Assembly: GCA_964491605.1 (NCBI GenBank)
Contig: CAZBGY010000002.1
Span: 82,829-146,828, forward strand
Length of the DNA stretch: 64,000 bases
DNA from: an uncultured Candidatus Bathyarchaeia archaeon
Lineage (GTDB): Archaea > Thermoproteota > CALKCG01 > B24 > DRYS01
Direction: 5' to 3'
In this document: positions 55,114 to 64,000 of the stretch, in pieces
Position numbering within the stretch: the first letter of the stretch is position 1
How the letters are laid out: the number at the start of each line of letters is the position of its first letter
Program-made: the position numbers and the translations under genes
Notes under the pieces: model-generated
The model's input: the letters and a program-made list of their open reading frames with translations, nothing else
Databases searched by the model: none
What the model was told of the DNA's origin: nothing

Positions 55114-56199
55114 CTACACTCTCCCAGACCTGATTCTCGGATCAAGTATACTATAGATTAAATCGAGTATGAGTACGGTAGCTACGAGTAGATAGGCGTA
55201 TATAACCGTTAACCCTATGATAACGGGCGCATCCAGTGAGTTTATCGCTTGATAGAATAGCGTACCTAGACCAGGCCAGTTGAATACAGTCTCTGTTATT
55301 ATAGCTCCCTGCCATGAAGCTATGAGCGATAGTGATATAACAGTTATGATGGGGGGTAAACTAGGTCTTAATACATGTCTACGCATAACCATATTCTCAG
55401 GTAGCCCTTTAGCTTTAGCCGTATTCACGAAATCCTCTTCGGCTATCTGAACTATGAGGTTTCTAGCTATATATGCCCAAGCACCGAAAAGGGAGAATAT
55501 CCATGTGAAGAGAGGAAGAGCCATATGGTAGGCTACATCTAATACATAGCCTAAAGGATCTCTCGGTGGAGGTACGCTTACCATACCTCCGAACGGTGTT
55601 ATCCCAAGGTAGTATGCGAACACCATTATGAATAGTATACCGAAAAACCATGGAGGTATAACCTGGGTTACTATAGCGAAGACTGAGAATGCTCTATCGA
55701 AAAATCCACCTGGACGCTTAGCCATATACAACCCCATAAGTAACCCTATAATCGAATAGAGTATAGTACCTGTAGTGAATAACAATACTGTTTGCGGCAG
55801 TCTCTCGATTATTATATCGCTTACCGCTTTGGATCCGCTAGCACTTGTTATAAATAGAGCTCTACCGAGATTTAATGTTAAAGCATCCACCAAGTATCTG
55901 AGCGTACGCTCCAAGAAGGGTCTATCGAGACCTTTAGCTTGTATAGCAGCTTGAAGCCTCTCATCTATGATCTTCCTTTGTTCCTCCTCGGTAAGCTGAG
56001 ACCAACCTGGAGCTCTAGCTAGATTACTTGCGATCTCGTATCTAAGCTGAGCTTTCAGTATATTGTCTATAAGGCCTCCAGCGTTAGCTATAATTATAGT
56101 TAAATACATAGCTACTATTAACGTAACGAGTAGCAGTGCCATACGTTTAGCGAGATGCTTTAACATCGCTAGCGGTATCTGCATACCGGCCTTAACCAA
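55114..56199 (-). CDS. Dpp/Opp-type ABC transporter permease (OppB-like)
   Basis: Polytopic protein with the EAA-like loop region (NTAKAKGL.E..V...HVLR). Confidence 0.85.
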   Translation of the reverse strand: MVKAGMQIPLAMLKHLAKRMALLLVTLIVAMYLTIIIANAGGLIDNILKAQLRYEIASNLARAPGWSQLTEEEQRKIIDERLQAAIQAKGLDRPFLERTLRYLVDALTLNLGRALFITSASGSKAVSDIIIERLPQTVLLFTTGTILYSIIGLLMGLYMAKRPGGFFDRAFSVFAIVTQVIPPWFFGILFIMVFAYYLGITPFGGMVSVPPPRDPLGYVLDVAYHMALPLFTWIFSLFGAWAYIARNLIVQIAEEDFVNTAKAKGLPENMVMRRHVLRPSLPPIITVISLSLIASWQGAIITETVFNWPGLGTLFYQAINSLDAPVIIGLTVIYAYLLVATVLILDLIYSILDPRIRSGRV

Positions 56200-56308
56200 A
56201 GCATAGCTAGCATGGTAACCTATAAACTTTTCCCTACCAATCCTATGGATGGCTGTAGCTAAGATTGGAAAAGAGGGAAAAATAAAAATCGTATAAGAGG
56301 GGGCTAAA

Positions 56309-58891
56309 CTACCTTCTACGTAACGATAACGCTACTGCTACTACGGCTACCAAGATGGCTACTACCGATAGAGCCAGTACAGTGTTAACCGTACTCTGAA
56401 TGCCTGATAGGGAAGCGGATATACTGCTCACATCCCTAGATATAGCGTTCACACGGCTTTCTATAGTCGACGCTCTAGCTTCTAGATCAGCTCTAGTAGC
56501 TCTAACTAGGCGCTCGAAGTATGCGATCGGCGGTGTAACCGTAAATGTGTAGGAAGATACGGATGGGAGAGCAGCTTCCTCTCCGACAGCTATAAGCTGA
56601 AGCGAGTACGTTCCTAGAGCAAGCCTACCGGTTTCTACACTTGTAAGAGTTATATCGAAGGCGCCTCCGCCTTTAGGTTGAGCTACACCCGCAGCAACCA
56701 GGTTACCTAAGCTATCTAGTAGCAGGTATTTCACCGACGCTCTATCATACGGCTTACCCTCTACTTCGACCGCTAAATTGAACGTAGCTTCCAAGCCTGG
56801 AATTACATCTTCTGGAGCTTTAACTACACGTACACTTGGAACTTTCATCGTAATCATTCCATCCCATCTATCAGCCTTGAATGGATACTCCCTAAAAGCT
56901 TCAAGTATCATCTGTAAAGCTGTAGGATCTGCTGAAGCGAACGTGTATGGACCGTTACTAACCCAGAAATGTCCTCGTTCCTCATAGAAGCTTTTTAGAG
57001 CACTCCATCTAGCTTTAGCATCAGCTGGCGATACTATACCTTCAAGTTCAGATGGTATAGAATTCTCTTCGACAAGCTTATCTAGTATATCTTTAAGTAT
57101 GGGTATGGATGGACCCTTAGTTAAATCTAGCTGATCTACACCCCATTCATCAGCCATATCGACCGACCATGCAAGCTTCTTCTCTAGAACAGCTTCGTTC
57201 ATTAATACGAGTACTTCCCATGGTGTATCAACCCACACACTAGCCATACTAGCGATGTAACTACTATCTACATGCCAGTAATCCACATAGACCTCAACTG
57301 TATCATCGGCTATGAATTTTATACCCCTGAAGTTTGTCGTGAATAATATTCTACCTGGAGATGCGGCGACCGGATCGTATAACGGAGACTCCTTCGACGT
57401 AACTTTGAACGTTTCAGCTATACCGTATAGTATATCAGCTTTCGTTATAGGCTGACCGTGATGCCATTTACCAAGGGTAAACTTATAGGTAACTTTACTC
57501 GTAGCTTTAACACCTTCACCGACAGGTACGAATTTTTCTGATGCTAGATCGTAAGTTAGAGTATCAGCTGGGACATCAAGCTTTCCATCAGGTCCTGCTG
57601 TCGTAACGGTGTATTCTGCCCTTATAGGTATGTATATTCCTGTATGCGGATGCGGGAATACACCAGGATCTGCTACCAGGTAATATGCATATACATCGTA
57701 GAGCCATGAGAAGCCAGCTATCGGATTGAAGCCTTCTATAAACATCAATCTATTACCTAGCTTAACATCCCCTCCAGTACCTGTAGCTAGCCTAAGGGTG
57801 CGTAGGAACCAGAAGCTCATACATCCGCCATATAGATCGGTTACGAAACTTCCAAGCCTAGCATTCACAGGATATATTTGAAGCTGATCTATAACCCATA
57901 CGTGGACTCCATCCTCTAAAGCTAATTCGCAAATCCTTTTAACGAGCTCTAATCGCTCTTCCATGGACTTATACTCGGCATTATTAAGTTTATCTATAGC
58001 TTCTCTTAGCAATGGCGGCCCAGGATATTCTTCGAAGAGCGGGGCGTTATCTGGTGAATACCAGAACCATGGATCGCTATCATCGTATGCAGATATAGCC
58101 GTGAAAGCCCATCCAGCCGTGTATATATGCCATTCACCACGTTTAGTAGGTGCGAAGGCACCCCAAAGTAGGAATGCATCCCTGGCAGGTTTATATAGTC
58201 TATTTACGGTGAATCCTAGCTTTTCAAGCTGTGAAGCTACGTAATCTCCTAGATCCTTCCTCTCATCTTCAGGTCTTATCAGGAAGTTTATGGTGATAGG
58301 CTTATCTTGGTAATACCATTTACCCTCCTTATATTCTGCACCTGCCTTAGAGAGAGCTTCGAATATCTGTACTTTAGCCTTCTCGAAGTTGTAACTGTAT
58401 TTGGATTCGAGTATTTTAGCGAAATCTACTATTCTCGAATAATCTGGTGATACTGCTCTGAACATGGTCCACCTCGGAACTCCTCTACCATGGTATATCT
58501 CGCTGACAATATAGTGGCGATCGATAAGCCAGTTTAGAGCTTCTCTAACTTCCCTTATAGAGAATGGGTTGAAGCCTTCGGTGGTTTCCAATGGGTTTAT
58601 GAGAAGCTGAATACCTCCTCCATAGGTACCTACTACGTTTACTGCTGGGGATTCCTCAGCTTTCTTAATATTCTCGGGGAGACGTAGGTAGTATAGCCAT
58701 GCATCCATTTCCCCCTTCTCCATCATCGGTACGACCGTAGATTCATCTGCATGCCTGAATATTATGATTTTATCAGGGAATGGACCGTACGGTACTTGCT
58801 CTGCTGAAACCGGTATCGTATATACAAGGGCTATAGGCAGGATAAGGATCGCTATGTAGATTAATGTTAGAGAGATTTTCCTTAGATTCAT
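56309..58891 (-). CDS. Family-5 (Dpp/Opp-type) substrate-binding protein with C-terminal coiled-coil and TM anchor
   Basis: 860 aa. It has a signal/anchor N-terminus, an SBP_bac_5-like body, a C-terminal Ser/Ala-rich heptad segment and a hydrophobic tail ending in RRR. Confidence 0.8.
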   Translation of the reverse strand: MNLRKISLTLIYIAILILPIALVYTIPVSAEQVPYGPFPDKIIIFRHADESTVVPMMEKGEMDAWLYYLRLPENIKKAEESPAVNVVGTYGGGIQLLINPLETTEGFNPFSIREVREALNWLIDRHYIVSEIYHGRGVPRWTMFRAVSPDYSRIVDFAKILESKYSYNFEKAKVQIFEALSKAGAEYKEGKWYYQDKPITINFLIRPEDERKDLGDYVASQLEKLGFTVNRLYKPARDAFLLWGAFAPTKRGEWHIYTAGWAFTAISAYDDSDPWFWYSPDNAPLFEEYPGPPLLREAIDKLNNAEYKSMEERLELVKRICELALEDGVHVWVIDQLQIYPVNARLGSFVTDLYGGCMSFWFLRTLRLATGTGGDVKLGNRLMFIEGFNPIAGFSWLYDVYAYYLVADPGVFPHPHTGIYIPIRAEYTVTTAGPDGKLDVPADTLTYDLASEKFVPVGEGVKATSKVTYKFTLGKWHHGQPITKADILYGIAETFKVTSKESPLYDPVAASPGRILFTTNFRGIKFIADDTVEVYVDYWHVDSSYIASMASVWVDTPWEVLVLMNEAVLEKKLAWSVDMADEWGVDQLDLTKGPSIPILKDILDKLVEENSIPSELEGIVSPADAKARWSALKSFYEERGHFWVSNGPYTFASADPTALQMILEAFREYPFKADRWDGMITMKVPSVRVVKAPEDVIPGLEATFNLAVEVEGKPYDRASVKYLLLDSLGNLVAAGVAQPKGGGAFDITLTSVETGRLALGTYSLQLIAVGEEAALPSVSSYTFTVTPPIAYFERLVRATRADLEARASTIESRVNAISRDVSSISASLSGIQSTVNTVLALSVVAILVAVVAVALSLRRR

Positions 58892-58966
58892 GCCTGCCTA
58901 GAAGGTATGATGGATCTATCTAAAAAATCTTTCTATCGATAGATTCATGGAAGTAGGATCGGTAAG

Positions 58967-59635
58967 CTATCTTAGGAGGCGTTTGGATATATATCTACCC
59001 CTAGCCTTTATCTCTCTCATACGCCTCTCAACCTCACTATATTCTTCGCCTAGAATCCTCCTATACTCTTCGATGAAGGCCTTCATACAATACTCGTATA
59101 TCTTATAGTGTACGCTTAATAATGCTCTCTCGAATAGTATGAGATCTACGGCTCTATCTTCAGCTCTAACCGTATACTGTGATAATCCGTAGTCTACAAG
59201 GAATATCCTACCATCACTCACCAGTATCATGTTGGATGTTGTAGGATCTCCATGCTGTATACCTGCTCTATGTAATTTAGCTATGGAGTAGCCTATCCTC
59301 CTTGAAAGCGTTACCGCTTCATCTATAGGGATGGAGCCGATATACTCCTTAAGTCTAGATCCAGGTATATAGCTCATGACTAATAGAGCTTCAGATGGAT
59401 CGATATAGTACACGGTAGGTGATGGGATACCGGCATTCTTAGCATCTCTTAGAATCCTAGCTTCCTGGATAGTCCTCCTACTCCTTATATAATCATCTAT
59501 CTCTTTTATCCGGTAACCTTTAGGTTTACGATACTTGAATATAGCTCTCCTTCCATACCATAAACCTAAATAGACTTCAGCTTCAGCCCCCCTATATATG
59601 AGGCGTAAGTTTCCATCCTCTAAAATAGATGCCAA
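58967..59635 (-). CDS. bud32: Bud32/PRPK-type small kinase (KEOPS subunit)
   Basis: 222 aa atypical kinase: G.EA.VY, ..K.R..K.YR, HGD.T.SN and DYGL. Confidence 0.8.
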   Translation of the reverse strand: MASILEDGNLRLIYRGAEAEVYLGLWYGRRAIFKYRKPKGYRIKEIDDYIRSRRTIQEARILRDAKNAGIPSPTVYYIDPSEALLVMSYIPGSRLKEYIGSIPIDEAVTLSRRIGYSIAKLHRAGIQHGDPTTSNMILVSDGRIFLVDYGLSQYTVRAEDRAVDLILFERALLSVHYKIYEYCMKAFIEEYRRILGEEYSEVERRMREIKARGRYISKRLLR

Positions 59636-60150
59636 CCCCTCTCTCTAGCTTTAAGCGATTGATCCTTATAGCTATCAGGTACTACGTATAGGTATATTAC
59701 GTGGCCTTGGAATCTATCTATCTTCACAGGAGTCCATCCTGGTATAGTGAAATCGTGGCTTACTATACGGACTCCAGGTTTAAGCTCAGATTCGAATTTA
59801 GGTTTAAGCTTCTCATTACCGAGAGTCGTAAGATATAATGTTACTACAGTAGCTTCTGAAAGATCTGCTTTCATAGCGTCGCCATTATATACTTTAATCC
59901 TATTCTCTATACCTGGCATCACTGTTTTAAGCTCCTCTAGGGTTGAGAGGATCTTAAGGTATAGATCGCTCCTTATCTCGTATCCGATAGCTTTCCTAGC
60001 GTTAAACTCTGTAACCGCCGTCGTGAGTATACGTCCATCACCGCATCCTAGATCGTAGACTACATCTTTAGAGTTAACCTCAGCTAGGGAGAGCATACGT
60101 CGAACTACTTCTATAGGGGATGGAACGAAGGGAGCTAAGCTATCCGCCAT
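59620..60150 (-). CDS. Small class I SAM-dependent methyltransferase, crenarchaeal aKMT-like (protein lysine methyltransferase)
   Basis: FVPSP.EVVRRML....V...D.VYDLGCGDGRI, SEATVV.LYL and VSHDF..PGW. The resemblance to Sulfolobus aKMT is recalled, not computed. Confidence 0.55.
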   Translation of the reverse strand: MADSLAPFVPSPIEVVRRMLSLAEVNSKDVVYDLGCGDGRILTTAVTEFNARKAIGYEIRSDLYLKILSTLEELKTVMPGIENRIKVYNGDAMKADLSEATVVTLYLTTLGNEKLKPKFESELKPGVRIVSHDFTIPGWTPVKIDRFQGHVIYLYVVPDSYKDQSLKARERGWHLF

Positions 60151-60220
60151 ACAAACACCAGAAAAGAAAAACTACGTTTATCTTCCCTTTAAACTTTAAT
60201 ATCGACTCACCTAGATAGCT

Positions 60221-60868
60221 ATGTGGCTGATGCCTAACGCTAGAGTATTGAGAGTATGGAATGATGTAGAGGGAGCAGTAGAATTAGCCGTATCTACACT
60301 CGAGCGTGGAGGATTAGTCGTATATCCTACGGAGACATGCTATGGGCTTGCAGCGGATATAACCAACGTAGATGCCGTGATTAAAGTTTATAAGGCTAAG
60401 AGGAGGCCGATGGATAGATCCCTCACAGCGATAGTATCCGATCTAGGTATGTGGATGGATTACGCATACCTCGATGCGAAGGCTTTGAAGCTTATAAGGA
60501 GGTTCAACCCGGGACCGTTAACTATAGCTACATGGAAGAAGCCTACGGTTCCAGATATAGTTAACCCTAGAGCTTTCGCCGCTAGGATATCAAGCCATAA
60601 AGTAGCTACGATGATAGTGAAGAAGCTTGGGAGACCTATAACTGCTACGAGCGCGAACATCCATGGAGAAGCGAACCCGTATAGTGTAGATGATGTATCA
60701 AGACAGATGGGGGGTAGCGTAGATCTAATACTCGATTGCGGGATACTCCCTCTTAGACCGGTATCAACTATAGTAGATCTCACATACAATCCACCTAGGA
60801 TAGAGAGAGTATATCCTCATGGGTCCTTCAGGTTGGAGGAGATACTGGAAGTATTATCAAATTGCTAG
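60221..60868 (+). CDS. tsaC: L-threonylcarbamoyladenylate synthase, YrdC-domain only (TsaC/Sua5)
   Basis: GG.VVYPTETCYGLA.D, KRRP and SAN..GE. At 215 aa it has no C-terminal Sua5 domain. Confidence 0.85.
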   Translation: MWLMPNARVLRVWNDVEGAVELAVSTLERGGLVVYPTETCYGLAADITNVDAVIKVYKAKRRPMDRSLTAIVSDLGMWMDYAYLDAKALKLIRRFNPGPLTIATWKKPTVPDIVNPRAFAARISSHKVATMIVKKLGRPITATSANIHGEANPYSVDDVSRQMGGSVDLILDCGILPLRPVSTIVDLTYNPPRIERVYPHGSFRLEEILEVLSNC

Positions 60869-61164
60869 AATTTTGGAAGCTTACGTCTAACTATATAGGA
60901 GATAGTAGAGGCTAATAGCAATGCTAGTGTAAAGTTGTAAAGTTCGATACCCCCTGATGCTACGATAGCAAAGATTTGATTCTTGTTCAAAGCTCTCTGA
61001 TCTTCCATAATGGTGCCTCTATTAAGCTGAGATGTGGATGGCTTTAGATCGGAGGAGCTTGCATCTTTAGAGGTGGGTATATTTATTATGGATAGGGGTA
61101 GGTATGCTACGGTTAAACCTAGTATGGAAGCTATAAGGATGGACGCTATTATCTCGCCTCTCAA
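60865..61164 (-). CDS. Small membrane protein, hypothetical
   Basis: 99 aa with hydrophobic helices at both ends. No recognisable motif. Confidence 0.4.
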   Translation of the reverse strand: MRGEIIASILIASILGLTVAYLPLSIINIPTSKDASSSDLKPSTSQLNRGTIMEDQRALNKNQIFAIVASGGIELYNFTLALLLASTISYIVRRKLPKF

Positions 61165-61220
61165 CTTGAGAGGATATTATAGATCTCCAGCCCGTTATAA
61201 CTCTAACTATTTGAAATATC

Positions 61221-61649
61221 TTAGAAGGGTCTATACCTCCAAGCTCTCAGGGTTTCATACCAAAAGATAGCTGCAGCTATCATAGCGATTATAACCGTAT
61301 AGATGTTTATGTTACTCCATAAGAGGATGACATAGGATATTAAGAAGCTTGTGAAGAATACAGCGTAGAATACTAGTCTCGGGATAAGCTTACCTCCGAA
61401 TACTATGTAGGGTTTAAGTATCGATAATTCCCCTCTCCTAGAAACTTTATACAATCCATCTTCATCCTCCTCCACTAAACCTAGCTTCATAAGCTTCTCG
61501 ACATGATAATATGCTAAGCTAGGCGTAGAGAACCCTAAGCCCCTCTGTATATCCCTCATCCTTACAGGACCGTTAGAGAGTATATAGAGGTATACTCTAA
61601 GCGTAGTACCTCTAACCTCCTTCTCTAAATCGATCGAGGTGGGTGGCAA
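61221..61649 (-). CDS. Winged-helix DNA-binding protein with two C-terminal TM helices
   Basis: The wHTH segment (RVYLYIL...MRDIQRGLGFSTPSLAYYHVEKLMKLGLV) is followed by two hydrophobic helices. Confidence 0.55.
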   Translation of the reverse strand: MPPTSIDLEKEVRGTTLRVYLYILSNGPVRMRDIQRGLGFSTPSLAYYHVEKLMKLGLVEEDEDGLYKVSRRGELSILKPYIVFGGKLIPRLVFYAVFFTSFLISYVILLWSNINIYTVIIAMIAAAIFWYETLRAWRYRPF

Positions 61650-61872
61650 GATAGCTTCAAGAATAGAAGTTATATGGAAGGGAAATAAATTTGATGATCG
61701 ACGGATTTTAGACGTAAAATACCTGGTTATACCTCCCCTCAGGTTTCCCGTAGCATTTCTCTATAATCTCGTTCACAATATGCGATTCCTACATAGCATA
61801 TTATGGTTTTATACCTTGCTAGATCCTACAGAGATGCGAGTGATGAGGTTAATCCTAAAGTTAGACCTCACG

Positions 61873-62925
61873 ATGCTAAGTATAGTTGGAGGTAGCGATA
61901 GGGTGAAGGGAGACTATGAAGTATGTTTAGGGATAGAAGGAACAGCCCATACGTTTGGTGTGGGTTTAGCCGATAGTGGCGGTAAGATACTAGCTAACGT
62001 TAGAAGCTCGTATAAACCTCCACCAGGTATGGGTATACATCCTAGGGATGCAGCTCAACATCATAGTATAGTTGCAGGTGAGACTATACGTAAAGCTTTA
62101 GATATAGCCGGATTGAAGCTTAAGGATGTAGATGTAGTAGCTTTCTCGCAGGGACCTGGTCTCGGTCCATGTCTAAGAGTAACGGCAACCGTTGCTAGAG
62201 CTCTCTCCCTTGCTATACGGAAACCTCTAGTCGGTGTAAATCATCTTATAGCCCATATAGAGATAGGTAGGATTACTACAGGTGCTCAGGATCCACTTAT
62301 ACTATTAGTTACAGGTGGTAATACACAGCTCCTAGGCTATGAGGATGGAAGGTATAGGGTATTCGGTGAAACCTTAGATATAACGATAGCCAACTGCTTC
62401 GATGTATTCGCTAGGGAGGTTGGGTTGTACGATCCCTTAAACCCGTGGCTTGGACCGGTATTCGATGAGGTAGCCGATAGAGGATCTACGTACATACGTC
62501 TACCCTACACCGTTAAGGGTATGGATCTACAGTTCTCAGGGCTTCTAACAGCAGCTCTCAAAGCTTATAGAAACGGGAAGTATAAGCTCGAAGATATAGC
62601 GTATAGTCTAAGAGAGACAGCTCTATCGATGCTTATAGAGGTTACGGAGAGAGCTTTAGCTCACACTGGTAAATCTGAGGTACTCGTTATAGGAGGATTC
62701 GCGCGTAATAGGAGGATGCAGAAGATGTTATCTGAGATGACCGAGGCTCATGAAGCTAAACTCTACGTAGTCCATGATGAATATGCAACCGATAACGGTG
62801 CTATGATAGCTTGGACCGGCCTCCTACACTACAAGGTAGGGGATACTATAAGTGTAGAGGAAAGCGTGGTTAAACCTAGATGGAGGATTGAAGATATCGA
62901 GGTTAAATGGATGGATAGATCCTAG
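61873..62925 (+). CDS. kae1: tRNA N6-adenosine threonylcarbamoyltransferase Kae1
   Basis: CLGIEGTAH.FGVG, GPGLGPCLRV and HIE..R. Start is ATG 61873 or GTG 61903 (after GGAGGT). The track ORF start at 61639 adds an implausible 78-aa extension. Confidence 0.9.
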   Translation: MLSIVGGSDRVKGDYEVCLGIEGTAHTFGVGLADSGGKILANVRSSYKPPPGMGIHPRDAAQHHSIVAGETIRKALDIAGLKLKDVDVVAFSQGPGLGPCLRVTATVARALSLAIRKPLVGVNHLIAHIEIGRITTGAQDPLILLVTGGNTQLLGYEDGRYRVFGETLDITIANCFDVFAREVGLYDPLNPWLGPVFDEVADRGSTYIRLPYTVKGMDLQFSGLLTAALKAYRNGKYKLEDIAYSLRETALSMLIEVTERALAHTGKSEVLVIGGFARNRRMQKMLSEMTEAHEAKLYVVHDEYATDNGAMIAWTGLLHYKVGDTISVEESVVKPRWRIEDIEVKWMDRS

Positions 62926-62926
62926 C

Positions 62927-63445
62927 CTATCTAGCTAACAATAACCCGAAGTATTTCGGAATCTCTTCACGAGATTTGAGAGGTTTTATGTTAAAGCCAG
63001 CTTTCCTAGCTGTAGCGTAGACATCTATACCGCATGCTTCCATCGATGGTCTAGCTATCTCCGGATATCTGCAATCTTTAAGCGTACACTCATCGCATAA
63101 TTCGCATGGACCTGCAGGCATAGCGAAGGCAGAATAGTATCCGGCTAGGAAAGCTTCTCTCTCCAGTTCAGCCATAATCCTATGCGTATCAGCTTCAGGT
63201 GGAAATTCGACTAGTATACAGTATTCGTATGATCTAAGCACCCTCCTCATTTCCTCTGACGTCGGTGAGTATGGTGGACATGTAAGACTCTTACCGTAGC
63301 CGTCACATCCATACATACACTTAAGTCTAACCCAATCTGCTACGAAGACATCTTCTGATCTTAAAATCTTGGCATTCTTACCGCCTAGTTTTACGGCTAG
63401 AATACAGAGGTCTTCTAGGGATAGTGAATAGTATCCTCCGCTCAA
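62927..63445 (-). CDS. DUF2284-like predicted metal-binding protein
   Basis: Cys-rich pattern C.YGCDGYGKSLTCPPYSP ... C.LC..C, as recalled for DUF2284. Confidence 0.55.
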   Translation of the reverse strand: MSGGYYSLSLEDLCILAVKLGGKNAKILRSEDVFVADWVRLKCMYGCDGYGKSLTCPPYSPTSEEMRRVLRSYEYCILVEFPPEADTHRIMAELEREAFLAGYYSAFAMPAGPCELCDECTLKDCRYPEIARPSMEACGIDVYATARKAGFNIKPLKSREEIPKYFGLLLAR

Positions 63446-63466
63446 TGGTAACCACCTAGATGAAGG

Positions 63467-64000
63467 TTAATCGATCCAGCCGCATAGCTTTTTAAGTAGT
63501 TCTAGGAAGTAGCTGAAATTCTCGAAGGATACATCCGGTGGGACTGCATGATCTACACCCGGAAAGTATCCTCTACTCTTGATAAGCGGCGGAACTCTCC
63601 TGTAAACTTCTCTATCTATATCTGGTTTAGATGATGCCAGCATCCTCTTATCTATACCCCCCATCATAACTAGTTTCGGGTATTTCCTTCTAAGCTCGAC
63701 TACATCCATACCTGCCGCTACTTCGCATGGGGATATACCATCCACCCCTACGGATAGAAGCTCGGGTATAAGCGGTTCGACGCATCCATCGCTATCTACT
63801 ATAACTACCTTAACACCATGATTTCTAAGGAAGTTTATAAGCTCACGGTAAACTGGTGAGAGATATTCTCTAAACATTCGAGGAGAGATCATAGGTCCAC
63901 GTTTATACGCCATATCCTCGTTAAGTGTAACATAATCTACTTGTACTTCTTCTACGGCTCTCCTTAAAGCTTCGATATGGAAATCTAGATATAGATCTAG
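63467..64000 (-). CDS. Uroporphyrinogen decarboxylase (URO-D)/MtaA-like family protein (N-terminus outside the window)
   Basis: The minus-strand frame stays open to nt 64000 (..LDLYLDFHIEALRRAVEEVQVDYVTLNEDMAYKRGPMISP..). DSDG....L...L...GVDG..P.E is URO-D-like. Confidence 0.6.
   Translation of the reverse strand, partial: LDLYLDFHIEALRRAVEEVQVDYVTLNEDMAYKRGPMISPRMFREYLSPVYRELINFLRNHGVKVVIVDSDGCVEPLIPELLSVGVDGISPCEVAAGMDVVELRRKYPKLVMMGGIDKRMLASSKPDIDREVYRRVPPLIKSRGYFPGVDHAVPPDVSFENFSYFLELLKKLCGWID

Noticed and set aside
61639-61872. 78-aa N-terminal extension of the kae1 ORF in the track, and similarly 17237-17329 for dnaG.
   Set aside because: The extensions overlap divergent promoter regions and a neighbouring gene start. 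They lack homology to Kae1/DnaG N-termini. Internal starts with SD-like purine runs give canonical protein lengths.
1-64000. CRISPR arrays, transposases/integrases, IS elements, prophage or known defence-system genes, rRNA genes.
   Set aside because: Nothing was found on reading either strand. The only exact repeats are the intragenic/paralog patches reported above, and there are no direct-repeat/spacer arrays. Detection was by eye only, so short or degenerate elements could be missed.

Overview
This is a gene-dense archaeal chromosomal core region, about 90% coding, with many 4-nt start/stop overlaps. The archaeal assignment rests on DnaG primase, ATP-dependent DNA ligase, ABCE1, diphthine synthase, Kae1/Bud32 (KEOPS), Taw1, CTP-dependent riboflavin kinase and RibL. 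An aKMT-like methyltransferase hints at a thermophilic TACK/Crenarchaeota-like lineage, but that is inference. Contents in order: a partial SHMT-like gene; ilvE/ilvD; rtcA, taw1 and a translin-like gene; a BMP-family (nucleoside-type) ABC importer. Next come a minus-strand string nfi-ribK(RbkR)-ribL-DUF357-dphB-HD, an ATP-cone protein, a Toprim protein, tyrS, a structured GC-rich RNA candidate (H/ACA-like), and dnaG. Then an MgtE-like transporter with a PhoU/TrkA-C partner, two orphan proteins, DNA ligase, and a radical SAM/SPASM protein. The centre of the window is a ~13 kb co-directional purine/folate supercluster (purF, a degenerate purF paralog, purD, glyA, folD, purN, folC, fused purS-purS, DUF711, purL, purQ), followed by an antisense LLM oxidoreductase and purE-purC-purM. 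After that come a GNAT, thiC, a 2-hydroxyacid dehydrogenase, ABCE1, a sugar-isomerase-like gene with a Dpp/Opp-type ABC importer, and a t6A neighbourhood (bud32, aKMT-like, tsaC/sua5, kae1). I found no rRNA, convincing tRNA, CRISPR array, transposase/integrase or recognisable defence system. The most unusual signals are listed here. (1) A 35-codon poly-Glu/Trp micro-ORF with a strong SD sits directly upstream of the ribosome-recycling ATPase ABCE1. (2) A DUF711/UPF0210 gene is translationally coupled between purS and purL. (3) A tandem purF paralog lacks the Cys nucleophile. (4) purN has no canonical in-frame start codon. (5) The adjacent oppD/oppF paralogs share patches of 100% nucleotide identity. 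(6) Two GC-rich structured intergenic RNA candidates are present. All functional calls come from motif and family recognition by eye; no database search was run.
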